Shown here: one piece after another, positions 13,808 to 28,020 of the stretch | How positions within the stretch are numbered: the first letter of the stretch is position 1 | How the letters are laid out: each line of letters starts with the position of its first letter | Source: Ginglymostoma cirratum | Taxonomy: Eukaryota | Direction: 5' to 3' | DNA length: 64,000 nucleotides | NCBI GenBank assembly: GCA_024137785.1 | Contig: JAHRHZ010000021.1 | Location: forward strand, 27,391,745-27,455,744 | Notes under the pieces: generated by a model | Told to the model about the DNA's origin: nothing | Databases searched by the model: none | The model's input: only the letters and a program-made list of their open reading frames with translations | Made by a program: the position numbers and the translations under genes

Positions 13808-16800
13808 TAAGTTAATTTTTTTTTAACGTCAATCAAATTTGACAAGGCCAGTATTTTAACAAAGTAAGATACAATTTCTATCATTCCTCATTCAGCGTGA
13901 CTTGCAAATGCAAAATTGTTTCCCTATGGGAGAAAAATACTGGTACTACTGACCCTTGCCATGACGGTACGAGCAGAAGTGAGTCAACCCGTACAGCTTG
14001 GTAAATAGAATTTCTATGACTTTTGAGGACCTGCACGTACACTTGGCATCTTATTTTCTCCTGTTTTCAGATACGAGGCCAAGTAGTGAAACGGGCTCAG
14101 CCGGAAATTGTAATTAGGCAGGGTAACTGAAAGGAAAATCAAAAAGATGAACTTTGAGCAAGTTTTTAAAATGAGCAGTGTGATTTAGGAATGCCCCTTC
14201 ACACACCCTTAGCACCAAAGGAGTGTGAGATAACATAATCAACATACACAACTACCTGAAGCTTCCTTTCTGTAGAAGTGTTTTTTTGGGGGAACATTGA
14301 GATAATACTTGGAGAGGAACAAGAAGTACTTTTTAAAACTTTGTGTCTACTTGATAATTGGAAGTTCCACCTTGCATTCATCTCAAATAAGTTAATCTAG
14401 TTTGTTTTATGTTATATTCCCAGGGTCAGTGGCTTAGATGATTTTCACAGTTTCTGCTTTAATTCACTGTTTGGAAGTCCACGTGGGCAACTTGGGGATC
14501 ACACTTTTCACTGTGAACAGGCATCTGAGTCTCTGCTTGGTTCTTTGCAAGGTAGCATGTTGACAAGCTAAATTCTGTCGTATGCAGGATCAGTCCTGGA
14601 TAATAGCACTGTCACGGCTCCAAGTGATGTTGCTATAACAACTTTTTGATGTCAGTAAAGAGCAGTGTTACAATGGTAATAGTTGGTGGCCTCGGTCGAT
14701 GTTACGAGGTGAATATATAGGTAATATGTGAAGGGAGTATTTCTGCACAGCTTAAAGATAGATTTTTGTGCGACTTCCAATACAGCTGTATTGAAAGGAA
14801 AACCCAGTGAGTACAGTGTGTGTCATACCATGCACTCTGCATAGAAATGTCCCTTCTGAAGTTGAGTGAAAGTACTTTTCAGAATGAATGCAACTGGCAC
14901 ATTGATGAATATTATCATATAAACTAGGCAAAACTTCTGTTGCTGCAACAGCTTCCTAATGCAAAAAAAATCCATTTCCCAGTGGTTATAGTCTAAAAAT
15001 ATGTACTGTTTAAATGATGGCCATAGAGTGTTGGTATGTTCACCAGACGTGTTGATTTCATTCCATTGGAGTTGTATGTCATATCGAATTTCAACTGTTT
15101 ATCATGAGAGTATAAGCAAAGATGCTGGAACTCTGAAATTAAAAAAAGAGTGCAGTGAAAGTCTGTTACGCTTTTTTAGTGCTAAAAGCACCATTCCCCA
15201 ACACCCCTCAATTCCAAAGAAAAGTCACAATCGAGTCGACGCATTTATTCACTTTTTCTCTCGACAGATAGTTTGTCCAGCACTTTGTTTTCAATTCACA
15301 ATGAGGATGTCCTTTAAATATATAATTGAAAGGATGACCAAGTTGGTCTGTTTTGTCTCTGGATCGCTCACTGTAGTGAATACTGTAGTCAGTGGTCAGT
15401 GGTTAGTACTGCATATGGCAAGTCTACTTGATGCTTATCCTGTTAGAATTGCAACGTTGAAGTCCCTTAAGATTTGTCTGCCTTTGTTTCAATATGCAGT
15501 ATACCTTTCTTAATTTGAAGTCAGTTAGTTCAAATAACTGATTAATGTGAGGTGTTCTAAAAATCTTCCCAGTGCTATTTACTTAATAAATATGATGAGT
15601 TAAATCAAATTCTAATATGAAAGTAACTAAGATTCTATTGACAAGATACTGCTGATTGTACTGCACATGAACTGCAGTAGTTCAGGAGGTAGCTCACAGC
15701 CAGCTTCTCAAGGGCAGCTAGGGACAACACTAAATGCTGGCCAGGCAGCAATACCAGCATCCTGCAAATGAACAAAAAAAATGTAGACCTCTAATAGCAT
15801 TGGTTAATGAGTCATAAAAGACTGATGATCTAGTGTTTGAACCCAGTGATCTGAAAGTGAAGAGCAGACATAAATCTATCAGACAGCACATATCTAGTGT
15901 ATCTTCTAACTTGTGTTCAACTGTTATGAGTACTACTTTGATTTCTTCAGAGCAACTGCTGAGATGGTTAACTTATATGACAGGTACGTCTCGTCACGCT
16001 CCCCCTTCATTGCATTGGATGATGCTTGCACTTTGCCATTATTGATTGTTCATTTTATTCTAGCTTTGAGCAGTTATTATAATTGGTTGAGTACAATGCC
16101 AGCTTCCATCTCCATGTGATATTGCTGATGTTTCCATGCTGTGAAGCCTTCTATTTTCACTGGGTGTTGCATATTATCCTAACAGCTAGTCAACAGTAAT
16201 CCAAGAAAGAAAGCACGCAATGATCAGAAATACTTGTGTTCTGTTTTTTATCTTGCTGTTTTACCAACAAACATATGCGTATGATAAAAGTACGCATGCA
16301 CAATGATGGTGTCCATTAATCAACTTTTACTTATCAAAAATTTAAACAAGTAACATTGGGATAATGTATTGAATAAGAGTGGAATAAAACACCATCTATT
16401 GTAGAGCTGTTGAAATTTTTCTTTTTAAATATTGTGCCTTTAATTTGCCTACCACAGTGAAAAGTGAGAGTGAGCTTCAAGAATTCAATATTAGTTGTGA
16501 AGATGGATACTATATCAAATTTTGGTATAGGTACATGAATCCAGGTTATGCCAATCAAGATAGAATTTGGATATGTGGTGGTAGTGGTTATGCAGTAGTT
16601 CTTTTGCTTAATTTTTATTTTTTAATCTTCTTTTATTACTTTTCCTGTTGAGCATTGGGTATACAGTGAGTTGGTGAACTTTAATTTTGATTTGTCATGT
16701 CCCACCTTCTCCTCATTGTCGTACAGTTAATATTATGTTTCCCTTTTCTTTAAATTACATAATGTGAATAAATTATTCTGGAAAGAAATTAGTAATTTCC

Positions 16801-19800
16801 AAGAAAAGCTCTCATTTTATGCAAAGGAGGAAGAAAAAGCATTATATGCAAATAGAAAATGTTACAAAAATGCAACAAGCAATTCAATATCTATAACAGA
16901 CAGAATTGTGGCACATTAGTATGTACCTTCTATTAGAACTGGAGTACACAGCTGGCATTACGTTTCCTAAATGACTTGCACTCAGGGAAATCAATTTTTT
17001 AATGATCTAAATTATTTGTTGCATTTTGCAAATTACCTCATCATTTTGGTGATGTCCAATGATGTTCTGGTATAACAGTCAAGGGGTGAATATACCTTAG
17101 CCATAAATTAGTTCAGACGTTTATTTAAAATACAAGTAGAGCCACTGGATAGCCTTGTGTTCAACCTATTATGCCTTATTCTGTATGAAAACAGTTTGTT
17201 TGGCATATTGACAAAACAAAGTCAATAATGATTCTGGAATTGAATAAGATTCTTATCAAATTAGGCTTGCTCCCACAAAATAACAAAATTGAAAAAGTCA
17301 TTCCTGTCAAAAAATAGACTAAAATGAATGGATAATTTAAAGTTTTAAATCTATGAACCCAATCATATCCAGTCATAAGAGTAGCATTAATGCAAGCCTG
17401 GTGCAATATTAGAAATAAGATTTTTTTCACCTCACAGCACATATATAGAATGAACCTGCAACAAAAATGAATGCTGTGGTTAAGCAAATTGTAAAGTAGC
17501 TTTGCACGTGACTATTAATCTCTGTAATCTTCGTTCCCTTTTATATTCATGCATATGGACAGTTGACTAGAACATCATGACTGAGCTTTACCTTCTTGCA
17601 CTGCTTTCTATGATGACTCAGTTTAGGATTGAATTATGTAGGAAGGATAGCCTTGAATTTTTTAGATGAATGTTTTCAGGAAGAGTTTCAGAACTTTCAT
17701 TTTCTTGGAGGTGTTATATGTTATTATTCTCTAATGGTGTATTATTAATAAATTAGTTAACATCTGTGACAAGGCCAAACCTGATAAATTGAAAGAGGTG
17801 ATCTCAGTGGCTTCATTGCATTCCATGTTTTGTTCCTGTGTTTTGCCTACATTTGCTCCATCATGTTGATATCTACTCTTTAAAAATCTTTGGATTTTAA
17901 CCTAGAATGTTGCCTTGGGGTTAAAAACTAACTTGTCAAGGATCTGAAAATCTCGTCTTATGACCCTTCTCATCAATTCTGATTTCCTACTTGTCACTTT
18001 TTCGTCTCTGTTGTCATTTAAAATGCAACAACTGCCTGACTTCTCTGAGAAAGGAGTGTAATTTAGGCAGTGAATTTGATGTCTCTTCCCACAAGCTAGT
18101 TTCTTAAAATATCCTACATTTCCTGCCTGTTTTGGGGATGCCAACAATTTTGACCAATTATAATGCAGTCAATATAGAGCAGCTGTAAGCTCTGAACTCT
18201 GTTCTGTGTCACACATTGAAGTAACATCTGGATCATTTGAAGAAACTTATCTAACTAACTAAGGATCTGCTTTTGATGGTATTAAGACACAGATTTTTCT
18301 TGTGTGGGTGGGAGAACTAATGCTAAATATTTAATGCAGTAGGCAAGTACAGATAGCCATTTGATTTTCTACTGTTCTGTGCCACAAGCTGAGGAAAGAT
18401 AAAATATATTCATAATATGTGTCTACAGTGCTGAATTTATTGATTTTTAAATGCATAGATGTAACATTCAATAAATATTTAAAACATTTAAGCTCTTTGG
18501 AGTTAGAATGCAGACACCCTGGATTTATAGTGAATCCAGCTTCTCTTTGTGTCAAATAAATAAAAATATCACAAGATAATGAAAAATAGAGAGTTCGGTT
18601 CTCAATACAATACCTTCTATGGGAGACAAGTTAGGTGAGTCTTAGACCAACCCTAGACTTGCTTTCTCATTTAGACCCCATTATACTGTGCACAGTTTTT
18701 GCCCTTTCTCCAAACAAATTTATTTTTTAAATGAGTTAATCTCTCATCTTCTCAAACAAAGTGGTAGATTTTCTTTTTCATGGTTTTTATTTGCCTCAAC
18801 TGTCTAGATGCATGGTAATAACTATCATCTTTAGACTTAATCAATAGCTCGCGCAAGTAAATTTCTATTGTATTTTCACTTAAGCTACTTTATATCATGA
18901 ATAGAATGCGAAGAAGACAAATATAATAATAATAATAATCAGTTATATTTCCTTCATTTGAAATTCCAGGATATTGCAATTTAACATGATGTTAACTCTT
19001 CTGTCAGCAATGTTACAAAATTTCCCCCAGATTTGGTTATTGCAGCTATTGATAGTTGTGCTTGCAATTGCTGGCGAGTTGTAATAATGAAGCCTTTTAG
19101 ACTTTGTTGGAAGATGATGGTTGACTGCATTTTCTTTTATATAAGTTGAGGCTTTTTGGTCGGTGGATGATTCATATATGTATATTCTGCCCTTTTATAA
19201 TAAAATGGGATTTCCTATGTTGGCAGCTACTTAAAAGTCTGTTTGAGTTCAGAAAACACATTTTTAAAAATAGAATTACAACTTTTGCCCCTTTCCTGTT
19301 TAGGTTCCCCCATTACTGTCACCTGCCACATGATCTCCTCTAACTGGGAGTGAGCGACGGTCTAGATCCAGGATGTCTCTGTTGCTGCTGTCAATTGCTG
19401 CTTTTTGATTAGCCGACAGGAGATGCACTTCTACTGGGTGGGACTGTGCTGCTAGTTTTCCCTTTCACCCTCCGATGGAGCGCCTTACTGCTACACAACA
19501 CTTCATGTGGTGAACTGGACAAAATCTGGTGAAGCTCTCGGTGAGGACAAGTGAGTTTGAAGGTCCTTAAAAACTGGAGTTTGAGAGCTTGTGACAAACA
19601 CTTCGGTTGATAATCCAGAGCTGCTGCTGCTCAAAGTTCCACTTCAAAATTAATATCTTTTAAAAGGAAGGAAAAGTGTAGCTAGAATATCAAAACAAAA
19701 TCCAGCTAAAATGTTGTATATGGAAGTTTATCAGTAGTTCACAACAAAATTTTAAAAATGCAAACTAAAAATACATTAGAATATCAGATGTGAAAATGAC

Positions 19801-20404
19801 AAAGCACAATACTGTAACAAATAAATAAGAGACTACTGTTGAGGAAGACTTTTGGGGGAAAATGTGCTTTGAGACCTGCTTAATTTTTCTTGGTGTAACT
19901 TCTAATTAAAATCTAAAATGAAACCAGTCCGTCTTTAATATACTGTGCTCATCAGCCAGTGGTGAAGAAGATTGTTGAAACATATATCCGTCGTTTACAA
20001 AATGAAACACTGTGCTAGTCTTCCGTCTGGTAATGAAAACACTTAGGCTACGTTGGCCAGTGTACTGATACAGTTGAATCCTGACATACAGCTGTTTATC
20101 ATGAAATTATGTATTTAAATTAGAATTGCTGCAACTGACTGAATTATGCCTTTACCTTGTATTTAAGAATTTAAAGAACAAACATATGGGAAAGTCTTTA
20201 AGCGAAAACAAGTTAAATATGATTTGATATTGTTACATTATAAGGTAACTAAATCCTTTTCCTTAAACACATACATGTGCTAAACAGAAATTCTACAAAT
20301 GTAGATCTAAAGTTTACTATTTGTTTAATTTTAGTTTTCCTTAGAATTCAAATGAAATCGTAATCCAAAATTTATTTTGAAAAGCATTTGCACTCTTAGC
20401 CAAT

Positions 20405-21096
20405 CAACATAGAATCAGAGAACCCCTACAATGTGGAAAGAGGCCACTTAGGCCATCAAGGGGCGGTACGGTGGCTCAGTAGTTAGCACTGCTGCCTCAC
20501 AGCTCCAGAGACCCGAGTTCAATTCCACCCTTGGGTGTCTGTGTGGAGTTTGCACATTCTCCCCATGTCTGCATAGGTTTCCTCCTGGTGCTCCGGTTTC
20601 CTCCCACAGTCCAAAGATGTGCAGGTTGCGTGAATTGGCCATGCTAAATTGCCGGTAGTGTTCAGGGATGTGTAGATTATATGTGTTATAGGGGACGGAT
20701 CTGGGTGGGATGTTCTGAGGTTCGGTTTTGGGCCAAAGGGCCTGCTTCCACACTAGGGGTTCTGTGATTTATGATCTAAGTCTGCTCTCACTATCCAGCG
20801 AGTATCCCATCCAGACCCAGCAACCCCCCACCCCCACACCCTATCCCCATAACTCCATATTTACCACAGGTAATCCACCTAGCCTACATCCCTAGACACT
20901 GTGGGATAATTTTGCATAGCCAGTCCACGTAACCTGTACATCCTTGGACTTGGGAAAAAACTGGAGCATGGCAGAAACTCATGCAGGCACTGGGAGAACA
21001 TGCACACTCCACACAGGCAGTCACCCAAGGCTGTGATCAAACCCAGATCCCTGGTGTCGAGGTGGTAGTGCTAAACACTGACCCCACCGTGCCACC
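20405..21096 (-). mobile_element. Older HE1/V-SINE split by a younger, oppositely oriented HE1
   Basis: 20405-20460 is the reverse-complement tail (tagaatc...ccctacaatgtggaaagaggccac). 20781-21096 is the reverse-complement body and head (...cactccacacaggcagtcaccc...cactgaccccaccgtgccacc). Confidence 0.8.
20461..20780 (+). mobile_element. HE1-type V-SINE (nested)
   Basis: gggcggtacggtggctcagtagttagcactgctgcctcacagc...gagttcaattcc...ctgtgtggagtttgcacattctccccatgtctgc...gggcctgcttccacactaggggttctgtga. Confidence 0.9.
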
Positions 21097-23639
21097 TGTG
21101 GATTTGCAGCTTAAGTGTCCTGAATTAAGATGTTCTTTCTAGCTAAGTTAACAGTGAAGTTGATAAAAGTAGGAATGCACTATCACCATGTTAGATGTTT
21201 AGTTGAACATGTCTAAGTGTGTCACAATTAATAATTGAAAATTACAATGGAAATTTTTATGGAAGTTCTTAACAGTTTAAGTTGTTAATGGGCGCAAATA
21301 TAATAATGCTAACTCTGCCAATTTATAGTTCAGTTCATTTAGTTATTAAAAAGTGAACAACTCTTGACCAAGCAGGGCTTTCCTGAATTGTGGGCATAGA
21401 AATGTATGCGTTTTTAAAGGCAGACTGAATTTGGGTTCTGACTGTCATCATCTCCTGGAACTCAAGCAATGACCCACAATCTCTGTTTTGTCATCTTGTC
21501 TGAGATGTGTGTATGTTTCTCTGATTGCTATAATATTGATGTTATCCCATATTGTGCTGGGAGACATTGTTGGTGCAGTACAGCTGAGGTGTGAGTAGCC
21601 TTGCCGTCATGACGGTAGACTAGCAACTCAGAAAAATTTATTCAGAGTCACTATGGCTGTTGAGTTGAATTCAATAAATATGTTCCTATGTGGATTCGCA
21701 CAAAAAATAAAACTGAATGTCAAACGCAAGTAATTCACTAATCAGCTTTGGGGGATGAAAGAAACCAATTCTCAATATTAGGCAAGTACCATGTAGCATT
21801 AATTTTATCATAAGTTGCATGATGAAATATTAAGCTTTGTCTATGCTGTATATGTCATATGAGAAAACTAAAATATTACTTTTGTCAAGTTAAGTCCTTT
21901 CACATTTAACTCCTCTTAAAAAAAAAAAAACTAACTTCTGTCTTTTTTTTAAATAAAGTTTCTGGGTACTGCTTGAAACTTTCCTCTCTGCTTCTGTTTG
22001 CTTCTATCTAAATTGAGTTGCAGTTTCCCCCTTCCCCTCCATTTCCTTAGTGGCTTTATTTTGCCTGATTTCCTTCTCTTGGCGAGGAGGACAGTTTTAC
22101 ACTTCAAATTCTGTTGGGAGTAAATTTTGGTGACTGAATAGAAAAACACTGTTTTACTTTATTATGACATGGAGACAGGCAGCTGAAGTAAACCAGCCTT
22201 TCTACCTCTGTATTCACAACATAGTAAAATTAAAACCTTCAAAGATCCTTGAAATTGACCCCAATGGTTTATAACGAAACTTTCAATAACCAATCCCAGC
22301 ATCTGTGAATAATAAATTCCATATGCCACCTAAACAGACGACTTAGCAATTTATTAGTAATGTTGTAACTTTACTTTGTTGCTTAATTTTACCCTGTTAA
22401 TCTATTGATTTATGGTTTAACTCCAAAATCTTTTCAGCCTCCTTCAGACAAATAAACAGACTGACAAATGAATACAGTTAAGGAATAAATAAAAGAAAAT
22501 AACAAAACTGGTCAGATTACCCAAGTGGTTTTCACAAGGTTTTTTCTAAACTTGGTGGAACCAATTTCCAGCTACTCACTTTGTTAACAGGCCACTTCTG
22601 CTATCCTTTTAAACGTAATGCTCTTCCCTGGTGACGAAGCATATGCAGAACCTTTTGATCAGGATCCAAAGTGCAGTTAACTTCCAGGCCTGGTCTCACA
22701 AATAAATAGAAGCTTGTTTGGTCCGTTTTTCTTTTAACACCAGCTGTGACCCGCATTCCAAAAGTCATCTTTAGCTCACAATTCCCAGTTCACAGCTCCA
22801 AACCAAAATTAAACAAAAGCAGTTTAAAAAAAAAACATGAGAAGTCAGCAAGGGCTCTAACAGCATGTATATTTTCCAAATGATCAATTTTATTTATACT
22901 AAAACTGTTTGCATGAACAATTTGTTGTACCAGCTGCCTTCCTAAGCTTGATGAGCTTATGGGCAGAATTGATTAAACACTTGCTGGTTATCTCTCTCCA
23001 GATTTTCTTGGAGACTTGATTCAACTTGACTTCTACTTCTAACCTTTTGGTTTTTACTAGGCTTCCAGAGTGTAATCGAACTCCAGAATCTGATTGTTGG
23101 CAGTTGTTTTGTGACACTAAAGACAAAAACAGCTTGCAATTATTTTGTACCATTGACATAATCAGATATCCTGAGTTGCTTCACGAGTATAATTAAAAAT
23201 GTAGCTTGGAATCGGTTAAATAACATGATATTAGATCAGAAGACCAAAAGGACAGTCAAAGGAGTAAGTTTTCAGAAGTTTCTTAAAGAGGGAATTCCAT
23301 AGAGGGAATGTTTTCTAGACAACTATATGAAGAGCTGACTGCAGGACAGTCTTTAGATTTAGCATTATGTGACAAAAATGGCTAATTAATACACAATTTG
23401 CAAAGGAACCTTTTAAGAATGAATAACCATTGAGATGACATGATAAAATCCAATTTTGCATTATTTTTGCGAGGAGGTGAATTTGTCTGATGTGATTGTG
23501 GTTCGGTCTGAATCAAGGGTGTTAAAAATGTGAAAAAAGGAAATAATGAAGGCATGAGACCAAAACCAGCTGAGAAAAATACATGAAAGGGCGTGAGTGT
23601 ACATAAATAATAGTCTTTAAAGAACTATTACATGGCTTA

Positions 23640-25075
23640 GAGCAACTATATATTCCTTCAAGGTGTAAAGACTCAAAAAAAAAAGTCAGTCAACCGTGAT
23701 CAACAATGGATGTTAAGGATTGTATAATATTAAAGGGCTTAAAGTTGCCGGAAATAGTGTCTGACAGTTGAGCGGATTTTAAAATACAACCAAAGGGACC
23801 AAAATAACACTAGTAAGGAAAAGGAGAATAGAATATTAATGCAATCTAGCAAAAAACAGTGTGAAAGCTTCTATGGGTACATGAGAAATAAACTTTTGGC
23901 TAAGATGAATGTTGGTCCATTGTAGGCAGAGTCAGGCAAATTTGTAATAGGGAGTCAAGAAATGGCAGAGAAGCAAAATGATTGTGTTGTGTTTTTTTCA
24001 CTGAAGAAAGTACAAGAAATTTCTTGAAATGAGAGATCCAAGTGACTAGGGAGGATAAGGAGTTTAAAAAATGTGCATTAGTCAAAAGATCATAGAGATA
24101 GTTTATGATCTTCCAAAATTTCATAAATTCTAGAATGATGCCTATAGTTTGTCACACTAATATTTTAAAAAAGAGCAAAAGAAAAAGTAATGGAAATTCA
24201 GGCCTGTTAGCCTTTCATTAGCAGTAGGGAAAAATTTAGATTCTAATAGAAAATATAATAAATTGGCACTTGGGTAATAATAGTCTCACTTGGCACGGTA
24301 CGCATAGATTTGGAAATGGGAAATCTTTTGTAATGAATTTGGAATTTTTTGAAGATGTTACTAACAAAACTGGTACAGTTGATTGACATAGTTTACTTGG
24401 ATTTTCAGAATGCTTTCGATAAGGTCCCCTACAGGCGATTGGTCAGTAAAGGTAAAGCTGAAGGGATAGGAGGTAACATACTGGCATGGATTAAGGATTG
24501 GCCATCAGACAGAAAACAATAGAAATAATAGGTCATTCTTACCTTGGCGGACTAAATAGTGGAGTACCACAAGGATCAGCCCAGAGGCCCCAGACGGTCA
24601 TAATAAATAACAATGATTTAGATGTGGGAGCCAACTTAAATATTTCCAAATTTGAAGATGGTACGAAGATCAGTGGGAGTGTGTTGCAAGGAAGATGTTA
24701 AGTGGATTCAGGAGGATTTAGCCAGGATTAGTTATTAGGCAGGAGCACAGCAGATGAAATATAATGTGGAAGAATATGAGGTTATCCACTTTGGTAAGAA
24801 TAGCAGATGCGCAGAATATTATTTCAATAGTGAGAGGATAGAAAGTGTAGATATATGAAGGGACCGAGCTGCCTTTGTGAATAAGTTGCTGAGGACTAAC
24901 ATGCTGCTGTAGCAAGCTATTGGGCAGACTAATGGGAAGTTAGCCCTTATTCCAAGAGGATTTGAATACAGGAGTAGTGAGGCCTTGCTTCATTTGTTTA
25001 GATGCTTGGTTAGACCACTTCTGGAGTAGTATGCTGTTCAGGAAAGATATTATTGCTATGGAGGAAGTGCAGTAA
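23640..25075 (+). mobile_element. Decayed CR1-type LINE ORF2 (RT)
   Basis: Remnant motifs YLDFQNAFDKVP (~24393-24430), SGVPQGS and ISKFEDGTKI (decayed FADDTK), with many stops and frameshifts. Confidence 0.82.
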
Positions 25076-25629
25076 ATGGTCTACCCCTGTTCCCATGTTT
25101 CTGAGTTCTGGAATTTTGGACATAGGCATGGCTGCCAGTGGTGGAACAATTATAGTGTGACAGGATTAAAAGAGCGCAAGTACATCAGAGTTGAATTGGA
25201 GGATGTTGCAGAGAAAGCAGGAGCGCAACACTAAGGAGAATATGAAAATGAGGATGAGAATTTTGAATTCCAGATTGTTGCTTGACCAGCAGGCAAGGTT
25301 CAGATTTCCTATAACACAAACATTTGTTTTTGTATTTGAAATAATAAATTACAGATTAAATCTTCGAGATGAAACCTTCTAGAAAGAATCCCACAGAATT
25401 CTGAGCAGATTCATGGGTTCATACGGTGCAGAAAAGGCTCTCTGGCCTGTTGAGTTTACACTGACATAACTACCACTAAAAATATGTAATCCCAATTTCT
25501 TACATTTGTCCCGGATCCTTGTTTTGATCCTTAATATTGATGTTCATTTGCATAGCTGTAGTTATCCTTATGTGAGTGGGAATTTCAAGGTTATGATAGA
25601 AAACAATAAAGTACTATTTTTTAAACTAG

Positions 25630-25860
25630 TGCTTATCACAACTTGAGAATATGTCAAAGTGCTTCACGGCAGTTGATTTGCCTTTTTAAAGTATAGTTGC
25701 TGCTGTAATGTAAGAAAGCAAACCAGTTTGTGCTCAGCAAGGTTTCCCAAAGGCAGTGAGTGAAATTACTGATATTTATTTTGATGATGTTGATTGAAGG
25801 TAATGACCAAAACACTGGAAGAACTTACCTGTTCTTTTGAATAGTTCTATGATATTACCA
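25630..25860 (-). mobile_element. Decayed Deu-domain SINE
   Basis: Reverse complement of Deu core + tail (caaagtgcttcac...gctgtaatgtaagaaa...gatgttgattgaagg...tgttcttttgaatagttctatg). Confidence 0.6.
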
Positions 25861-26566
25861 TGCATCACTCAGCGAACAGGAAATCCAAGCCCAGCTATTC
25901 ACGAAAGTTTTATAAAAGTCCACAAACTTTGTGAATTTCCCTGCCTTTTTAGACTCAGGTTAACAAAGTATGGAACAAGGCTTCAGTGTTTCACAAGACT
26001 TGCTAATAAATAGATTCTAGGTACAGGTAAACAACTATGAACTGTTGGTATATGACCAGTCAAACTTTAATCTGTTATAAAACTCCCCCTACACACAAAC
26101 ACACACACAGGCAGAGACAAATGAATAAAACAAAAATGATGTTATGGGTGGAGAGAAAAACTGGAAAGCCAATTCAATTGTCTCTGTCTTAAAGCTTCAC
26201 TGAGCTGATCATTTAGGCTTAGTAGGACTTCCTTCTCCTTAATCTCACTCCAGATATTATGACTTGCCTACACAAAGCACAGAGTGAATGAATCACAGCA
26301 CATAAAGTCCCTGAATTAATGGTTTAAAGTAACAGCTTACAGCAACTGCTGAGTTGTAAACCCACTTTCTTCAGGGTTAGGGTGTTTTCACTGCAGAGAA
26401 AAGGACACCACCTCCCCTTTCAGAGGTCCAAAGACTTTGCTATTTTGTCCTTATCTACAAGAACTGTGTAATTGGCTCAGTACTCGTGTACTGATATTAA
26501 TGTTAGTTCTACAAATAAGAGCTAAATTCTCCATTACACTACTTCTTTCAGTAGTTTCTTTACCCA

Positions 26567-26672
26567 GTTCTGAAGAAGTAACACTGGACTTGAAACATTA
26601 ACTCTGCTTTCTCTCGGATGACAGATGCTGCCAGATCTGCAGAGTTTCTCCAGCAGTTTCTGTTTTTGTTTC
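26567..26672 (+). mobile_element. Short PLE-derived element with hammerhead-like core
   Basis: agtt-CTGAAGA-agtaacactggactt-GAAA-catt-aact...acagatgctgccagatctgcagagtttctccagc. Confidence 0.75.
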
Positions 26673-27549
26673 TCCTTCAGTGCTTTCTAAGCTCACTGTG
26701 TTTGTCAGACCAACTTTCTTACTGTCCCAATCTGATACCCGCTAATCCACAAGCCATGCATTTTTTTTTCTTTGGTTTCATGTTTGATTCCCTTTTGATT
26801 AAGTTTCTATCTCACTATGGTACCAAAACAGTTTCACTTGACATCAATTACAACTTTGTAACTGTGCCAAAGGTAAACATAAGAAATTAAAGTACAAGTT
26901 GGCCATTTTATTCCCCTCATGCCTGCCCCAGCATTCATTAAGTTGATCTGCCCCCAAGCCTCAACTCCTGTGTTGTGCCAGCTCCGCATAGCCCTCAACT
27001 CCCTGATATTTCAATAAAAGCTATCTACTTCCTCTTCAAAGACTTTTATTATCTAACCTCCACCTTCTTCAGTATAGAATTCCAGACATTCACTACCCTC
27101 TAGTGGAAGGAATTTCTTCATGTCTGTTTTAAATGTGAGTTACAGAACAGGGGAAAAATCTTCTCAATTCTACTGTCAAGCCCCCTCAAAACGTACATGT
27201 TTCAATAACATCATCCCTCATTCTCCAAAACTCTAGTTAATAATGGTCTAAGCTTGGTAAGTCAACCCCTTCATCTCAGGAATCTGCCTAATGAATCTCT
27301 TGTGATCTGTTTCTACTGCCAGTATATCCTTTTCTTAAATATGGAGACCAAAACTGTACTCAGTACTCCAGGTATGACCCCTGAACAGTTGAAACAAGGC
27401 TTACATAGTTTGGAACTCCAACCTAGGAATAAAGGCTAAAAGTCAATTTGTCTTAATTACTTGCTGCAACTACATGCTGACTCACTTTTCTGCATTAAAC
27501 TCAATCTACCAAGTTTTTGCCCACTTAGTATCCCCTTTTAAGATTTGTT

Positions 27550-28020
27550 GTAGAAACTAGGAGCAGAGTTATGCCATTTGGATCTTTGAGCCTGCTCGGT
27601 CATTGATTATGATCATGGCTGATACTTTACTACAATGCCATAGTCCTGCTTTTTCTTGATACCTCGTAATCGTTTAGATATTAAAGGCATCATCGATTAC
27701 TTACTGAAATACGTTCATCTACCAGGCCTCAACAGCCTTCTGTGGTAGCGAAAACCACAGGTTGAAGAAATGTTTCGTCATCTCAGCCCTAAATGATCCA
27801 CTCTGTGTCCTAAGATTGTGGCCCCTGATCCTAGATTCCCCAACTGGAGGAAACATTCTTCCTGCATCAAGTCTGTTCAGCCCTGTTGGAATTCTATACA
27901 TTTCAATCAGATTTCCTCATTCTTCTAAACTGTAGTGACTACAGACACAGTCTAACTAATCTCTCCTCCTAGGACAAACCTGCCATTCCTGGTTTCGGCC
28001 CAGTGAACCATTGTTGAACT
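27550..28020 (-). mobile_element. CR1 3' end fragment nested in the older CR1
   Basis: ORF 27719-27901(-) GLNRLDAGRMFPPVGESRIRGHNLR...HFFNLWFSLP is the CR1 ORF2 C-terminus; has its own tail at ~27555. Confidence 0.8.

Noticed and set aside
15001-15513. 170-aa plus-strand ORF
   Set aside because: No recognisable homology, composition typical of AT-rich intron, and it overlaps a decayed PLE tail remnant at ~15115-15150.
19340-19560. CpG-containing stretch ending in a donor-like CAA|GTGAGT, with an ELDKIW peptide
   Set aside because: An in-frame stop follows, there is no further SAMTOR similarity, and the two real exons already join in phase.
21604-21615. 12-bp palindrome ccgtcatgacgg
   Set aside because: A palindrome of this length is expected by chance in 64 kb, and there is no supporting context.
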